Positions 49,514 through 64,000 of a stretch of 64,000 bases of DNA are shown here, piece by piece. The notes under the pieces were generated by a model. That model did no database searches and had not been told where the DNA came from. It saw only the letters and a program-made list of their open reading frames with translations. Where the stretch lies: assembly GCA_047967505.1 (NCBI GenBank), contig CM106538.1; one strand, 5' to 3'. The DNA comes from Dipteris shenzhenensis. Taxonomy: Eukaryota. The position numbers were made by a program, and so were the translations under genes. Position 1 is the stretch's first letter. Every line of letters starts with the position of its first letter.

Positions 49514-50959
49514 CAATCTTTTCAAGGAGGGGACCCACTATTCCATGGGAACTTGTTTTTGAGGAGAATCCACCCATCCACATCATAGATCCAGGTGTTT
49601 GGCACATGTACACGACATCACTCTATGACATCCCAATCCATCCACCATATGATATGTCCTCTTTCCCTCACCGCACCACACATACATGAAATCACTCTAA
49701 GGCATCCCGATCCATCCACCATCTGATATGTCCTCTTTGCCTAGGCCCATAACATCCATCTTGTTCACTACATAGAATGTGTAAGCTGCATTGCATTGGC
49801 TCCACAATCAAAAAATCTAGGACCATAAGGGGTTGTGGATTAAGCATTTTGCATATGGACATACATCTTGGCCCTTAGTCTTAGTACATATGTTTAATCC
49901 CAAAGGGATGCGTCAATTTTACGAGCAAAAAACTATGAGCAGGTTTATCCAAGCGTGTTTTTCAAGAGATTTAAAATTTGTATTTCTTTAGGAAACATGG
50001 TTTTTATACTTTTATTTTCACTAGAACTAGATCCCTTTATCAAAAAAATATACAAAATAGTCACTCATTCAATTTTACATAACATAAAATTTCTTATTTA
50101 TAGACATCCTTTGTACCCCTATTATTACCTATAAAAAGTGTTGATAAATATTTCCTTTAAGAAACATCCCTCATGATCACTCTCAATGTAATAATATTAT
50201 ACATATATAATTACTTATTAAACACATTTATATCAATATAACAAGAGCTTTCTAGTGTTTTCATAGCATAAATAACAAGATATTTATGGATATGTTTCTA
50301 AAGAAATTTAAATCACTATAAATAAGTATTAATTTGGGCTTATATATCACTCTCATAAAATAAATGTAATATTTAATACTATATATGCAAAATTTTCCAA
50401 AGTATAACCCCATAGATGTGCTCAATTGGGATTTTTCAATCAATTTGAGTGGTTGAATGACTATATTTGGACATTGGATGTGAAGTTATGCCACTATTAA
50501 AAGTGTTGTCCATGGTAGTTTTGCCAACGAAACTACCTTGGAAGACCTACTTCAAAGGGGTTTTGCTGGTGAAACTACCTTGATGGCTTGGTTCAATGAG
50601 GTTTCTTTGGAGAAACCCTTTCATGAAGCCAGGTTGAGAGAGGGTTTTCAATGTCACCCCCTATTAAGTAAAAGTTGGAAGAAGGATGATAAGGATCATA
50701 AGGTCACCCCCTATTAAGTAAAATTTGTAAGAAGGATCATAAGGGAATTTTCATAGAGAAGTCTACTCTACATGTGGGTTTATTCAAAAGCCATCCCATT
50801 ATGTTACTCACCATTCCCAAAGATTCATGTAAATATTTGTGTATAAAATAGGCATTTCTATAATACATTGCATATTTCTAAGTGAAACTATGTTTTGTTC
50901 TGATCTATTTTTGCCATATTTTTTCATAGTTGGAAGCTTTTTTTTCCCTTTGCTCGGAC

Positions 50960-51490
50960 ACTCAGAAGATTTTGCTCAAAAAATGCTCATCCCCAATCAC
51001 ATGGTATGCCATGGCTTCCTCCCTACTTGGAGTACCACCACCATTGTGCCAATACACAAAGTAGGTGATCCCATGGACATAAGGAACTACCACACCCTCA
51101 TGATTGGCCACACTTTGGTAAATATTTATGGATTGGTACTCAAGAGAGAGATCAAATCCTACATAGAGGTACAAGGGTAGTGCACTAGCTCTAGGATAGG
51201 CTGGGTTCTCGAGGCAACATTTGACTATTGCGTCGCATATTCACTCGATGGTTTATCATCGAGTAGGCAAGATCGAAGTCCTAGAAAGCCTATACTTGCT
51301 TTTTAGACTTTTGGAAAGATTTTGACAAAGTACCACAAGAACACATGATTAGGAGGCTCTAGGGGAAGAATTGATGCAGATACCAAAGGATATGATCTTA
51401 GGGTGATGAGTTTATATGAGTCAGACAGTCAAAGGGAGAGTACGTTCCCTTGGAGGCCTATCCCAAAGCATTAGGGCAAGCCTGCAAGGG
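50960..51490 (+). mobile_element. RTE-like LINE RT fragment
   Basis: WSTTTIVPIHKVGDPMDIRNYHTLMIGHTL...YTCFLDFWKDFDKVP. Confidence 0.8.
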
Positions 51491-51589
51491 AGTCTTTTAT
51501 GCCATAACAATTAGGACTAGTTTTTTAGTAGTATTTAGTTTTCTTTACCAATTACAATAGTAATGGATCATTTTAAAATCAAATTTAAG

Positions 51590-52520
51590 CTCAATGCTTT
51601 AGTGTTGTAGGATTCATATTATTGCAAACAAGTGAAGGAGACCTTGGAGAAAGGTTGGGCATGCAAGTAAATGCTATGCAAAATCAAATAAAGAAGGTCG
51701 TAAACCTCTCAATTAATTACATAATAATGAATAAGGCTCAATATACAAGGGACTATGAGATGAAGCCATAGGAGGTTAAGATTAATGTGCTGAACTGGTG
51801 TAGGAGAATTCTTGGGATGATAGAATGGCAAATGTTTTATTGTTAATTGATGACTAGATGGCAAAGCTGAGTTGAGCCAAAAAGGTCTAGAGTAGGCAAA
51901 GGTGATTGGTTGGAAGATATTATTTCTTAAAAGTATTTTTCTCAATCATTAAGGGAAGAGGAAGGCTAGTATGATTGACATGGCATAGGATGTTGATGGA
52001 AGGATTATTACAGGGCCATGGAGGATGCAAGATTTGCTTATAATAATTTAGAGCCCATTTTTGGGGGATAAGAGAGGTTTAGTAATACATTATGTAGGCA
52101 ATTGGAGCAAACACTACTAAAAAAGGAGGTTTATGTATTGACATTAAAAATTTTAAAGTATTCTAGTTGAATTTAAAAAGGGTCGTGGGGGATATGGTGC
52201 AAGATGCATGTCGGAAGGAGTCTATATTGGTCAGCACAAACATGGATCTCATTACACTTATTCCTAAGAAGTAGAAGAGGGTCACATTTAGAGATTCAGG
52301 GCCAAAATTCACATTTTGGATATGGCTAGATCATTTTGTTGAAAGATTATGGAAAATTCCATTTATTTTGAGGCTAAAGTATACTCTATCAAATCTCATT
52401 CACTAAAGAATAACATGGAAATTTATTTGGGAGAGGCATCTTTGAAAATGTATAGAATGTTTCTTTGGCACTAGATTATACTTTGAAGGAAAGGTTTGAA
52501 TGTGTCATGTTATGCTAGAC
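51590..52520 (+). mobile_element. Second degenerate copy of the L1-like LINE at 39500-40460
   Basis: Shared colinear blocks such as AATGCTTTAGTGTTGTAGG, GATATGGTGCAAGATGCATGTCGGA and CATCTTTGAAAATGTATA. Confidence 0.6.
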
Positions 52521-52875
52521 TTGAAAATGACCATGATCTCATAGGCATAGCCAAAACACTCTTTGTACTACATCAAAACACTTTTTTCAAATGTCCAATT
52601 TTCATGCTTTATACTAGAAGTATTTATCTAACCCCTAACAAGGCTCCATTTCAACTTCTATCTAATGGTGAACCCATTTTACATCAAGACTTTGGGTTTA
52701 AACACCAACTACATTTTGGGTTTAGAGATAAAGATAGGATGAAGTGACATATTAGAGTGAGAGTATGCATTGTAGCTAGCTCGAGGACACTCTAATTTAC
52801 ATTTTGCAATTTTGTCTCGTGGTGGACAACTTATTTTATATCAGATGTAAGATTCTAGCATTGAGTGTATTCTAG

Positions 52876-52909
<34 letters not shown>

Positions 52910-54462
52910 CATAACATATAGCTCAAGAAGACATATCTTATTGACTCCAAGAGTTTTCACTATTCTATGTTGATGCAAGACACCTAACAATAGTGTGGAA
53001 AGATAGAAAATGGCCCTACAAAGACAGTGGTTTGAGTATAAATACTCCATAATGCAAAGAAACCACACTAATTGGGTACACTTCTCATGAGTTTTTATAT
53101 GTTCTCTCACTTTTAGTATCCATGCTCCATCATCATTATCAATGTGAGATAGCATGTTGTGACTCTATGACTCTTGTAATCTACCCTCAACCGTTGCAAT
53201 TCAACCTTCATATCTTGCCACTCTCCCTCCCTAGTCCAAAATAGATCTACTACAACTTTATCACCTATTGGCAATCTATTTCTACAATCCTTATCTTCTA
53301 TTGGCAATATATTTCTACAAACCTTTTCTACAACCCCTAATCTACTCCTTTAATCCCATTAGCTCCTAGATTAGATTTCTCAATGCTCCACTCTCAAATC
53401 AGTGAAAGAGATTAGTTCTCCACTCTCTCCTCCTATCCCTTTTCTAAGCCCTATAATTCTTTCTAGTTATCCACTCTCTCATATCCCTATCCCTTTTCTA
53501 AATCCTACAACTCTTTCTAGTTCTCCACTCTCTCAACCTACCCTTTTCTAAACCCTACAACTCTTTGATTCCTAAACCTTTTCTAACCCCTAAGCTCCAA
53601 ATTAAGATGGACATTTCCATGAAGATATGGTAACTTTTTAGTCTGTTCATAGAACCACTTTCCACACTTCCACCTATACCTCTGACTTGAGGCCTTATCC
53701 TACATAGTGAATGATATATGTCACTAGCCTGCATTCTACATTCCATTAAAAAAGGAAATTGAAGAAAAATGTTCCTTTAATGTTTAAGATTATAGCTATC
53801 ATTGTTGTTGTATTAATCTACACATTTGTGAGTTTATAGAATCATTACTATTTTTCCCACCCATAAATGCTCTTATATGCTCACATTAATTAGAAAAAAA
53901 GCATCAAATGCTATCACACCTATCATTGAGTGGGTTAGAAGAAAATTTTCATCAAAATAAGTAATGTATTCTTCATGTGTACTAAGGATGCATGGCCAAT
54001 GCAACCAAAAAAGAGAGCTACTTGTCTGATCATCTTTCTTTCACAAATCAACATGAAATTCATTGCTAAGTAGATTATAAACAAATGTTCATCAAAAGAA
54101 GCAATAACTTCTTCAAATGCACCAAGGATATGTGGCCAATGCAAGAAACCTATAATGAAAAATAAAACTCAAAAATTTCTTTCCCCAATATGCATTAGTA
54201 CAAATAAAAAATAGGCATTTAATGAATTAAACAAGGGATAGGTTGCCATTGTGATGCTAAAAATTGATATCTTTAATTTGGCATTGGTGTTGGTTTTCTC
54301 TATGTTTGATAAGAGTTTGAGTATCAAGTGATAGCCTATTGGCTCTCACTTATTTCCATTTTCTAAGATATTGTATGGGATTGAGAGGATGAGTGGAATG
54401 GATCACTATAAATACCATTTGTATGAATGATAAATACCTTGGTATGGGGTGAGAGTTATTTA

Positions 54463-55270
54463 TGTATGGGATATTATGGGGTTTTTAGAAAATATGAAGA
54501 GTGAGTCATACAAAAGCGGGTGTCATATCCATGTGTTCCAATAATGTAAGAGAGATCACTTGCCAAGCATGTGGAAGGCATGTGGGGGAGTGTGGAGTCA
54601 AGAGGAATCCTTCTAGAATTCCTATGTGGAATAAGGAGGATGTGGACATTTGGAAAAGAGAGGGTCCCTATGGGCTCCATGTGGGGAAACTCTTGACTTT
54701 CTGAATATTTTAAGAGTCTTGAGCATCTTTTGATGGGACACATGTCAAGAGTAGCCAAAAAGGACATGGATGGCGACATATGGGCTTATGTGATTGATGG
54801 GGAAAGGAATCTACATGTAGCAATTGTAAATGGGTGAAGGAGGGTGACAAAATCTCTATAAAAGGATCCCTCCTCTCCCTTGTTCAGCATATCTTCCACC
54901 ATTGAGCCTCATGATGCTATAGCTATAGTCCCCTCAAGCCTCTTCTATGAGCCTTCTCTCTCCCTCTTGTAGATATCCTCTTATGTAGACTCTTGAGTCC
55001 ATATCTCTCTAGTTCATTTGTTTCTATGAGTAGTCTTGGAGCTCTTGCTCCCTCTTGTATGTATGAAACCCCTTCTTCTCCCTTGCATTTGTAGTATTTT
55101 GAGTTGCATTTGAGTGGAGTCTCACTCTATTGGTTATGAAGGTCACTTTAGGTTCTCTCTCTTGAGTGTCTCTCCCCTTTTTCCATTGCTCTCTCTTTCA
55201 AAGTGTTCAAAAGTGTTGTCTATTTGGCCACTCATTATGCATACATGGTTTATCCATTTCCCCAGTCACA
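54463..55270 (+). repeat. LTR-like sequence; same family as 63680-64000
   Basis: TGTATG start, CTCTATAAAAGG TATA at ~54854, CT-rich downstream region; 54945-55262 matches the reverse complement of 63692-64000. Confidence 0.65.
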
Positions 55271-57889
55271 AAGGGAGCTCTTACCTTCCTCCTAGGCAAC
55301 CTATATGGGACTTTAATCGTTGATGAAGTTTGAGCATGGAGGAAGTATTCTCCCAAGTCAGCATCAGTAGAAGTAGATATTTTTTATGACTATTTGACCC
55401 CGTGTCAGTATTTTACTCATAGCTTTCTACTTAGTGCTCCGATTTTAACAAAACTTATATAAGCACGAAGCTCTCTTTAATATACATGAAGTTATGGTTT
55501 CAATTTCTATATCAAATGTGAAATAAAAAAGTTATGAGTCTTTGTGTGTGATTGTATATTTTTTAGACATTTTTTACCCCTTCCAGTAAAATGCCCATAA
55601 CTTTTAAACCGCTTCTTTGTTTCTTAAGAAACTTATATAAGAGCGAATCCCATTTCAAGTCGCATATTGAATTGTATTTGAATATTTGATATCATGTCTC
55701 TACTAGAAGTTATAGGCCTCTATGTCTGATGATAGTTTGCAGAGTGTTTTGAGCTACTTATAGAGGTATCTATGAAGGAGTTGCAATGTTTTCCTGGAAC
55801 CTACCCATCCGACCCATGCAATCTCTTCAAAATCCTTGATATATATAATTTCATGTCATATTGAGCTACAAGATCTTCTTTTAACAACATATCGCTCTTC
55901 TCTTTGGTGTAGACTAGCTTAGGGAGATTATGGTGTCCGTTGATCCTTCCTTCTCCCTATGCTAGACTACAACATCACTTGGGATGTTACCAACTTCATT
56001 CTCATCTAAGGGAGGAAAACGATGGTGTGGTCTCTTGGCATGAAAGCTATGTTTAATTTCCCTTTGCTAGTGATAAAGTTCTTTGTCACTAAGTTTAAAA
56101 GCAGTAGGAAGCTAAGAGGTGCGTGAAGTATTATTACCCCCAACTTTATGTGACACCACCTTGTATTGCTTTTGCTCAAATTATGAGCTTTCTTAGAGTG
56201 TTCTTATGGTATTCAATGTAGCAATTTTAATGTGATAGCTTATCACAAAAAATATATAAGACTTACTACCCCATCTATGCATGATGAATTATCTCTATTG
56301 ATAAACATCGAGTCAAATAGAACACCCAAAATCATAAATGGTCGGACATGTAGAATCTTGTTGTGTTCATCTATCAATTAAAGATTTGGAAAAGATTAAG
56401 CTTTACCTAGACAAAAATGTAAAAGTGAATGAAAAATTTGGTGTCATATTTCAAATGATATTGCAAATACAAGAAAAGGATTATCAATACTAGAGAATGA
56501 ATAAAATGCAATGGTAGTGACACATTATTGCATAATTTAATTTTTGCTGAGGAAGTTCTTTAACATAATCCTCTATGTAAAGATGTGGCCTCTTATACAA
56601 AAACATTCTCTTGGGTTCTATTTACACATTCATGACGTGGTAAACTAGCTTTTTTCAAGATTATTACAAAAAGTAATCCTTAACATGCTCCCCAAAGAAT
56701 GTCTCACTTAGATAAGGCTGATTGGGAGCTTTACCAACAAGTAAATCATGACAATCATTACTTTTTATTTGAATGATCTTAAAGATGATGTTGATATAGA
56801 TTTTAAAACATGGTTGAGTGGGTTGATATCTATGAATATGTCAAAAGAACACTATGTTCTCATTGCTTGCATTCATATTTTTCTTAAAAATAAGGAAAAT
56901 GCTTAACTCTCACTTAAGTTTACAAATGCTCTCTTAAACCTTGCAACCATCAGCTGATACAAGACATGCCATGCTAGCTACATATAGAGATTTCTAAACC
57001 ATATAATCATTTCATGCCTATAGTGTATACACAATAGAACCTATCACCTCTACCACTTAATGGAAATTAGCTAAGACCTTGATTTAGAGACACCAATCAA
57101 TCCTCTTGTCTCTCTTGTCATCATAATTAAATGATTGTGGATGTAGTAATCTACATGTGGTACAAGTGTGAGATGGCATATAATACTTTCCATTCCCACT
57201 TTATTTCAAGTAAGCACCTATGTGCATTAATTTGAGATGTTACACTTTGCCAGTAGATGTTGATTATCCACATGCACACACACATATGAATGTGGCAGCT
57301 ATAGCAACACTTCCTTAAAATATCCACATGTGAAATGATAAATGGCACGTCTATGTAACAAAAGGTTCATGTAATTCATGTTTTATTACATAGGTAACAT
57401 CAATTTACAAATGCCATGCATATGCACATTCATCACATATCATAATGTAACATTAATTCTTATGCATTAAATATCGACCACATACATATCATACACACAT
57501 CTAAGAAAAATATTTCACATTCATTGGATATATTATTCATGCATTAAATATTACAAAGTGAACAATCATACACTAATAGAACCAAGCAAAAAAATCAGGT
57601 TAATAAAATATACTACACGTTTACTTTGTGACCAATATAAGAGTGCCCATAGAACCAAGCCAAAAGATCACATTAATAAAATATATTACATGTTTACTTT
57701 GCGGCCAATATAAGAGAGCCACACAAACTAGTACACTACAGATGAACAATAAAAGTAACAAAATATATTTACCACATCTACTTTGAGTGTTGGTATAGGC
57801 TAGCATTAGCAAGCCACACCAGTTTAGATTGAAGATAAGTAGATACAAGCCAACATAAGTGAGCCACAAAGCTAGTACAAAGGCATATA

Positions 57890-57929
57890 TGCATATATAT
57901 GAATGTATGCATGCATGCATGCATGTCAC

Positions 57930-57964
<35 letters not shown>

Positions 57965-58243
57965 AAATGTATATAAAAAAAAGAGGTAAAAATATTAATA
58001 TATAAATATGTAAATATATACATATATAAAATATAAATATCAAGAGATAGATAGATAGATATTAAAAATATAAAATATAAATAGATTGATGGATAGATAG
58101 ATAGATATAAATATAAATAGATATATAAAATATAAAATATAAATATAAATAGATTGATGGATAGATAGATAGATATAGATATAAATAGATATATAGATAG
58201 ATAGATAGATAAATGGATGGATAGGTCTTGGATAGGTAGCTAG

Positions 58244-58277
<34 letters not shown>

Positions 58278-58340
58278 ACAAAATAAAATAAAATTATTAG
58301 AGTAAATGTATCTCACACATACAAACACTTATTTCTTTAC
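57890..58340. repeat. Compound microsatellite/low-complexity block ((ATGC)n, (TG)n, (GATA)n, (CA)n)
   Basis: Directly visible. Other SSRs: (GA)14 at 52879-52906, (CA)n at ~58757 and ~62506. Confidence 0.9.
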
Positions 58341-61300
58341 ACACGAACACACACACATATTAATACTTCCCCAACTATGAATTATTCTTTTATGTACCCC
58401 TGTGAAATCTTCCCTTTACACTTTCTTTTTAACCACCCCACATACCAAGCCCACTAATCATCCCACACCTCCTATAATCCCTTCTCAACCCATGCACTCA
58501 TTCGCTCCTTACCCCACTTGTGAGTTAAACTTCACTTGTGGCTAATTTGTTTTTAAAATTATCTAAGAATCCATATGGTTATCTATATTCCTTAGGTAAA
58601 GTGATAACAAGTCGGGGAAAATAGGCATTACCTGTCTACCCACATGTAACTATGGTGCTGCTCCAACACCTACTTTGTTTGGATGGTGGTAGGTAAGTGG
58701 ACCCTGACCTCGGAACCTGGACTGCCTCTTGAGGATTCGACATCTTTTTTTCGATGCACACACACACACACACACACACAAATCCCCTTGGATATATTTG
58801 CATTCCTTGGTGTTGTTAGCACTTTGCGATATCTTGCACCTTGCTGTACTATCATGGACTTGATTGAAATCTATAACTCTATGGCATGACCATGATTATG
58901 TATGTGTTATATAAAATTTGAGCTTCCTTGGAATGGCTATTGATTGGGAGCCTATGAGTTATGCATTGATAGAGAGGGATTTTGCCTCAAAACATAAATG
59001 GGTTGGATGCAAATGATATATGTTTAGATCTTTTAGATTTATTATACCTTTAAGAAAAGAAAAAAAAAAAAATTTCCCTCAATCTTTTGGAGGGAAAACA
59101 TTAATTAAAGATCAAGTCCTTATTCTACCAAAACACTATAGAAGGAAGTATTATATTTGGGCATTATTAATGGAAAAGAGGCTAGGATCAATCCAAGAAG
59201 AAATACGTGACAACAATGGAATAAAATGGTGGGATTTTTTACTATTATTTAATGAATATATAGTGATTGCGTGAAATGCATAATGAGGAGGAAAATTATG
59301 CTTTTTCTCAACATGCTCTGTTGGAGAATCCATTACCTTGGGAAGTACATTTTCATTGTGGATATGTGGTGCACAACATCTATGATCTTTCAAGATATAT
59401 GTTGGAGAAGTATTGAGAAAGCAGGATAACTAGAGGGAGAATCCAAGGATCCCCCATTAATGACAGTGACAAAGAGAATGGACACTAATACATTGTCCCT
59501 CCCATTTGAACCTTGGTGAACTATTGATATCATTTCAAGGGCTCCTAAGCTAAAAACTATAGTAAGCTCTATCCCCCGACTAATGCTCATCTTCCTCACC
59601 CCTCATCCCTCACATGCTACTGAGTTGGGAGCAATAGGATGAAGGCAAATCAACTGCTCCACTCTACTCTACAATGATGACTAGGTACAAGGTGCTCAGC
59701 ATGCATCCACTCAGCTATTTTCAAGTACTAGCCGAGTTCTTTACGAATTGTAGAAGAAACTGTGTTCTAGCTCTATCATGCTCTATCAGTTTGAGCTTTG
59801 GTAGAAAAACCGGTATCCTAGTAGTGTGATATACGGGTTTCTACTGCTTAAACTTTGGTCGGAGTCTTGTATAACTACAAAAACTTGGTAGAGGATTTAT
59901 TGTGCTGCAGCCCACTAGCTACTAGACTTTGTGCATTGTCAATGACTGGCAACATCATTTAGAATGATATCTGGCTATGTGCCTTCTCATTGTATTGTAT
60001 TCTGATGCTAGATTTTCCACCCTGGGAGCTATAGAGCTGGGGTTCTTTAGTGAAGGCTTCCAGCTGCCCCCTGGCCTTCAAAAACTGGTTATTTTAACAC
60101 ACCACATCGAGCCTACTACAACAAAGTGTATTTTTTAAGATAAGACTAAACGGTTGAGTTGCATGCTCCGGTCTGATGGTGTCGCCTAACATAGATGGGC
60201 TCAAAGATGAGCGTTATGCTAGATTTTTCCTTTTTACATAGTAGCTAGTGCTATTTCCTATGTACTCTCCTTGTTTGGGTGCCTTTCATAGCATACTAGA
60301 ACCTTTGTGCTGTAGTGGAGTTGGTCCTCTAGGTTCATTGGTTATGCCAGTGTGGGAAATATACTGATGCTAGAAACTACGTTATGCTTTCATAGTATCT
60401 AGAAACTACATTATGCTAGAAACTTTACCTATTCAACCAAATTTATTTGTAGATGCACAATGCATTCCTTGTGTTTGTTCCACTGGCTCATGAACACGCA
60501 ACTCATGAGGAAATGTACAACCATAATAAAAAGGACAACCATGTATATGTGAAGAGGAATTGTAGCTACTGGCTCTCAGTCTGTTGGAGTAGCGTGAGGA
60601 GTCCTCGGACCTATTGGCTCACCTGACATCTGTGTGGTAGCTCTCGAGTGCCACTACACTATTTCAAGCTCAAATAGATTGTCTAAGGATCACCGTGCAG
60701 CTATTCTAGCTGGTTTATCATCTGGCTCGGTGTTGGTTTTTACGAGTGAGTTCTCAGGGACGTTCATGGTTCCCAGAGAGGCCTATACACAATAGAGGCT
60801 GCATGATTAGCTACAGTTTTCACACTCTAGAATGTTGTGTGATCATATACCACTTTACTCTAGCTCCTCTTGGCTTATTTGAGTATGAGTATTTGGCAAG
60901 TTGGTGGAGAAACCTTGATTATTTGGGATCTTTCCTAATATAATCTAGAACGTAGTTTAGTCTCGTGGGTCAGCCATATAGACGTTGACTGTAGAATTTC
61001 AGGGCACTACGCAAAATTATGTAATGGAGGTATTAATGAAGAAGACAAGGTTTGGAGCGAGACCTTAACTCCCAAAATAAGATAGACATTCTTTGATTGT
61101 GTTGTTAGTTACTATTGATTGGATTCCCAAGTGGAATAGCATGGGGAATACTAAGGAAGAAGAGAAATCAGGGAAATATGCTATGGAATATTATCTATTA
61201 TAAGGACATAAGAGAAATCTGACTCGGCCATATATAATAAACTATAAGCTCCTCTTATGACCATATATTTATCATAACATTTATTTAAGTGTGAGTTGAA

Positions 61301-63528
61301 GAGGATCGTACCATTGGAGTTTACTAGGTTCTTTTATTGGAATAGATGGCATCTATATTTCAAAATTTTCTACACAATCGGCTTAGAGTTCATGAAATTT
61401 GATACACTCTATACTTTGAAGAGATTATGCTTACCAAACTTTTTTCCTACAAGAAATTTGATACACTTTATACTTAATCACTGTTTTAGAAAGAGGATTC
61501 TTCTAGAAAACCATCCTTTTATGATGTTCCCTTTGGTTCTACTATTGTTATTATGTTATGTGGATAGGGATGAGTTTCTATGGATGTTTATGGTACCCAA
61601 GAATGTCTCTTCATACCGTATGTTCTTGGGCAATCTCCTTTATGGTTGGAGGTTGCTTCCTTGGGCAATCTCCTTTATAGTTTGAGGTTGCTTCTTGGGC
61701 TATTTCTTTGGCTAAATTAATATAAATTGCCTAACCCCTGTCTCGATTATTTCTTTTATTTTTTAAGGTATAAGTATGAGTATTTATTTTTTGGCCAATG
61801 TATAAGTATATAGAGGCTATATCTGAAATTTTCAGCCTTAAGAATTCCCTTGGACTTGGTTGGAACACCCAAATTTATGGTTTACTTGAGTTTCCCACTT
61901 ATTACTTGGATTTCACTAACATTTTATATGCATTTCTTCATATTTTTAATTGCCCACCTTTGATTACTATTGAATAGTAAAATGCCAAGATTTGATTATG
62001 CTAATCTAGATGGAGTGACACAGATAACAACTGTGTGCCAGCATTGAAGCCTGGCTTCCACAGCTTAAATGAATCGTTCTAACTTTCATTTAGTTGTGAT
62101 GGTGCCAGGTGAGTTGGCATACCTCTCCATCCAGTTTGCATTAGAAAATCTAAGACATGAAGACACGATGTTGGCAACTTTGAGGAGCATTCTACAATGG
62201 ATTTTCTCCAAGTACTGGAAAATAAGATTGAACTCTCTATTGGAGACTAGTCATTAGTATCATTGTACTTTCTGCAATGTACTAATATAAATGTGAGTAT
62301 AATAATTGACTTCCACTTTGACACCTTGTTAAGAGGAATGATATGATATGGATTATTCTCACTTATGCGGTATTGAGAGGTTGGTTATTAATGGACTACT
62401 CTCACTAGGTGTTTGAAAAGGGCAATAGTAGATGTTTGCAATTGGTTTACTTTGACATTGAAAATTGGTCCAGTTGTATAGTAGGATAGATGTTTGATAA
62501 GACAAACACACACATACACACACACACATACACACACACACACACAGTGGGCTAAAACTATAGTTCTAGAATCATAGTTGTGGGTTGATATTGCAGTTTT
62601 GGAATTACAATTGAGTTGAAATTATAGTTTTAGAATTAAAATTCTAAATGTAAATTCTTACAGACTCTAGATTTCTTTGATGGCCCTTTAAACCTTGAGA
62701 CAAATATATATAGTATTTTGGGACAATATTTGACAACAACATAAGATGGCTTCCTGCTATTAAAGTTATGAAATTGACTAGAATTTCTAGAGTATCTTGG
62801 AATGTCAATGGGTTTTTAATAGGCAATTTGTTCCAAAATTCTAAAATGACCAAAGTGCATATATTTGATCTATACTAATGTATGGATATCTATTGGGAAG
62901 TAATAGGTGGCTTTGATAACATTTTTGTAGCATTAATTACATGATGATTTGGAACGATGGTATTATATGGATTTATATGGCATAAGTTTATGATTTTGAG
63001 CTACAATTTTTTGATAAGGGTTTTCCTATGATGCTCACTAGGTTGGATGCAGTTTCCTTATGCAATTATTATGCATCCTTGCAGCTCTGTCCTATACATG
63101 ATGGTGACTAGGGCAGAGTGAACCTATTACCATATGGTTATTATCATATATACAATAGTGAGATATGATTCCATCCCATTAAATCCTCATCATCTGATAC
63201 CTCAATAATTATGCTAAGTTTTATATTTTTTAGGAGTATAGGTGCATAATTATGATTTGAATAGACATGTCTAGCTATGCTATTAGTCTAGTTACCAATA
63301 CTGGCAAAGTTAATGTCAATAAGTCTCATTTATGGTTTTTTATGTTTTGATGATACGGATGAAAATTGCAAGTGCATGGCTTTCACAACTATGTTGGAAA
63401 AGACTCGAAAGATTGCAAATTGGGAAAAGGAATAGAGAGTATTCTGCTAGTGCTTGGTGTCCTTGAAATCGATATTACCAAGAAATGGAGGGTCTTGTTT
63501 TACTTATTTTTAAGGTTGGTGAGCCTAG

Positions 63529-63676
63529 AAATGTGGTTACAGTCCATGCCCATCCAAATGATGCCCGTTGGGATGATACTTTGCACAAGCCTCATGATCA
63601 TATATTTTGAGGCATGTGCAAAGTACCATGCCCATCGGGGATGATTTGGATGGATACAACCATTCTAACCCATGTT
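63529..63676. repeat. Fold-back inverted repeat (small MITE or hairpin-RNA locus)
   Basis: Arms 63550-63594 and 63608-63653 are reverse-complementary (5 mismatches plus 1 gap over 46 nt); weaker outer arms. Confidence 0.75.
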
Positions 63677-63679
63677 TTA

Positions 63680-64000
63680 GTATGCACATGCGGGAAATGC
63701 ATGGACCATGTGTGTGCAATGAGTGGCCGAATAGAAAGAACTTTTAAGGCTTTAAAAGAAAGAAAAGGGAAGAGAGACTCAAGAGAGGGAATACGAAGTG
63801 ATCTTAATTGTCAATAGAGTGAGGCTCCACTCCAATGCAACTCAAAATACTACAAACACAAGCGAGAAAAAGAGGTTTCATACCTACAAGAGGGAGCGAA
63901 AGCTCCAAGACTACTCATAGAGAGAGAATGAACTAGAGAGAGATGGACTCAAGAGTCTACATAAGAGAATATCTATAAGAGGGAGAGAAGGCTCATGGAA
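63680..64000 (-). repeat. LTR-like sequence (runs off the window), inverted relative to 54463-55270
   Basis: Reverse complement aligns with 54945-55262. Confidence 0.65.

Noticed and set aside
50510-50740. Short spaced repeats as a CRISPR-like array
   Set aside because: Only 2-3 imperfect units, plant nuclear context and no cas genes; more like transposon subterminal repeats.
57621-58328. Hydrophobic ORFs
   Set aside because: Translations of microsatellites.

Overview
Eukaryotic land-plant nuclear DNA. The divergence of the host gene and its very long TE-filled introns suggest a large-genome non-angiosperm such as a fern, but this is inference. One host gene can be reconstructed on the + strand: an At4g10930-like PHD-finger protein with a PHRF1/SCAF11-like C-terminal domain. 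It has 9 exons in the window (8854-36144, 3714 nt, 1237 aa, frame-consistent), and its expected N-terminal RING exons were not found and probably lie upstream. Two closely related Ty3/gypsy chromoviruses face each other across most of this gene. Copy 1 (+, <1-5802) carries a nonsense codon and an 11-bp frameshift. Copy 2 (-, 24387-31124) is intact, with 468-bp LTRs differing at 1 base, a GTTCA TSD and a single 1567-aa gag-pol ORF. Copy 2 sits in a 17.4-kb intron that probably has a GC donor. The rest is decayed TE sequence (L1- and RTE-like LINEs, copia, Athila/Tat-like Ty3, LTR fragments, a fold-back element, tandem duplications, microsatellites). Main leads: (1) the inverted retroelement pair brackets an in-frame, stop-free 3489-nt exon block that is a circRNA or exon-skipping candidate; (2) the two retroelement copies look mosaic/recombinant; (3) the giant GC-AG intron. 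No prokaryotic-type system (CRISPR, operon) is present.
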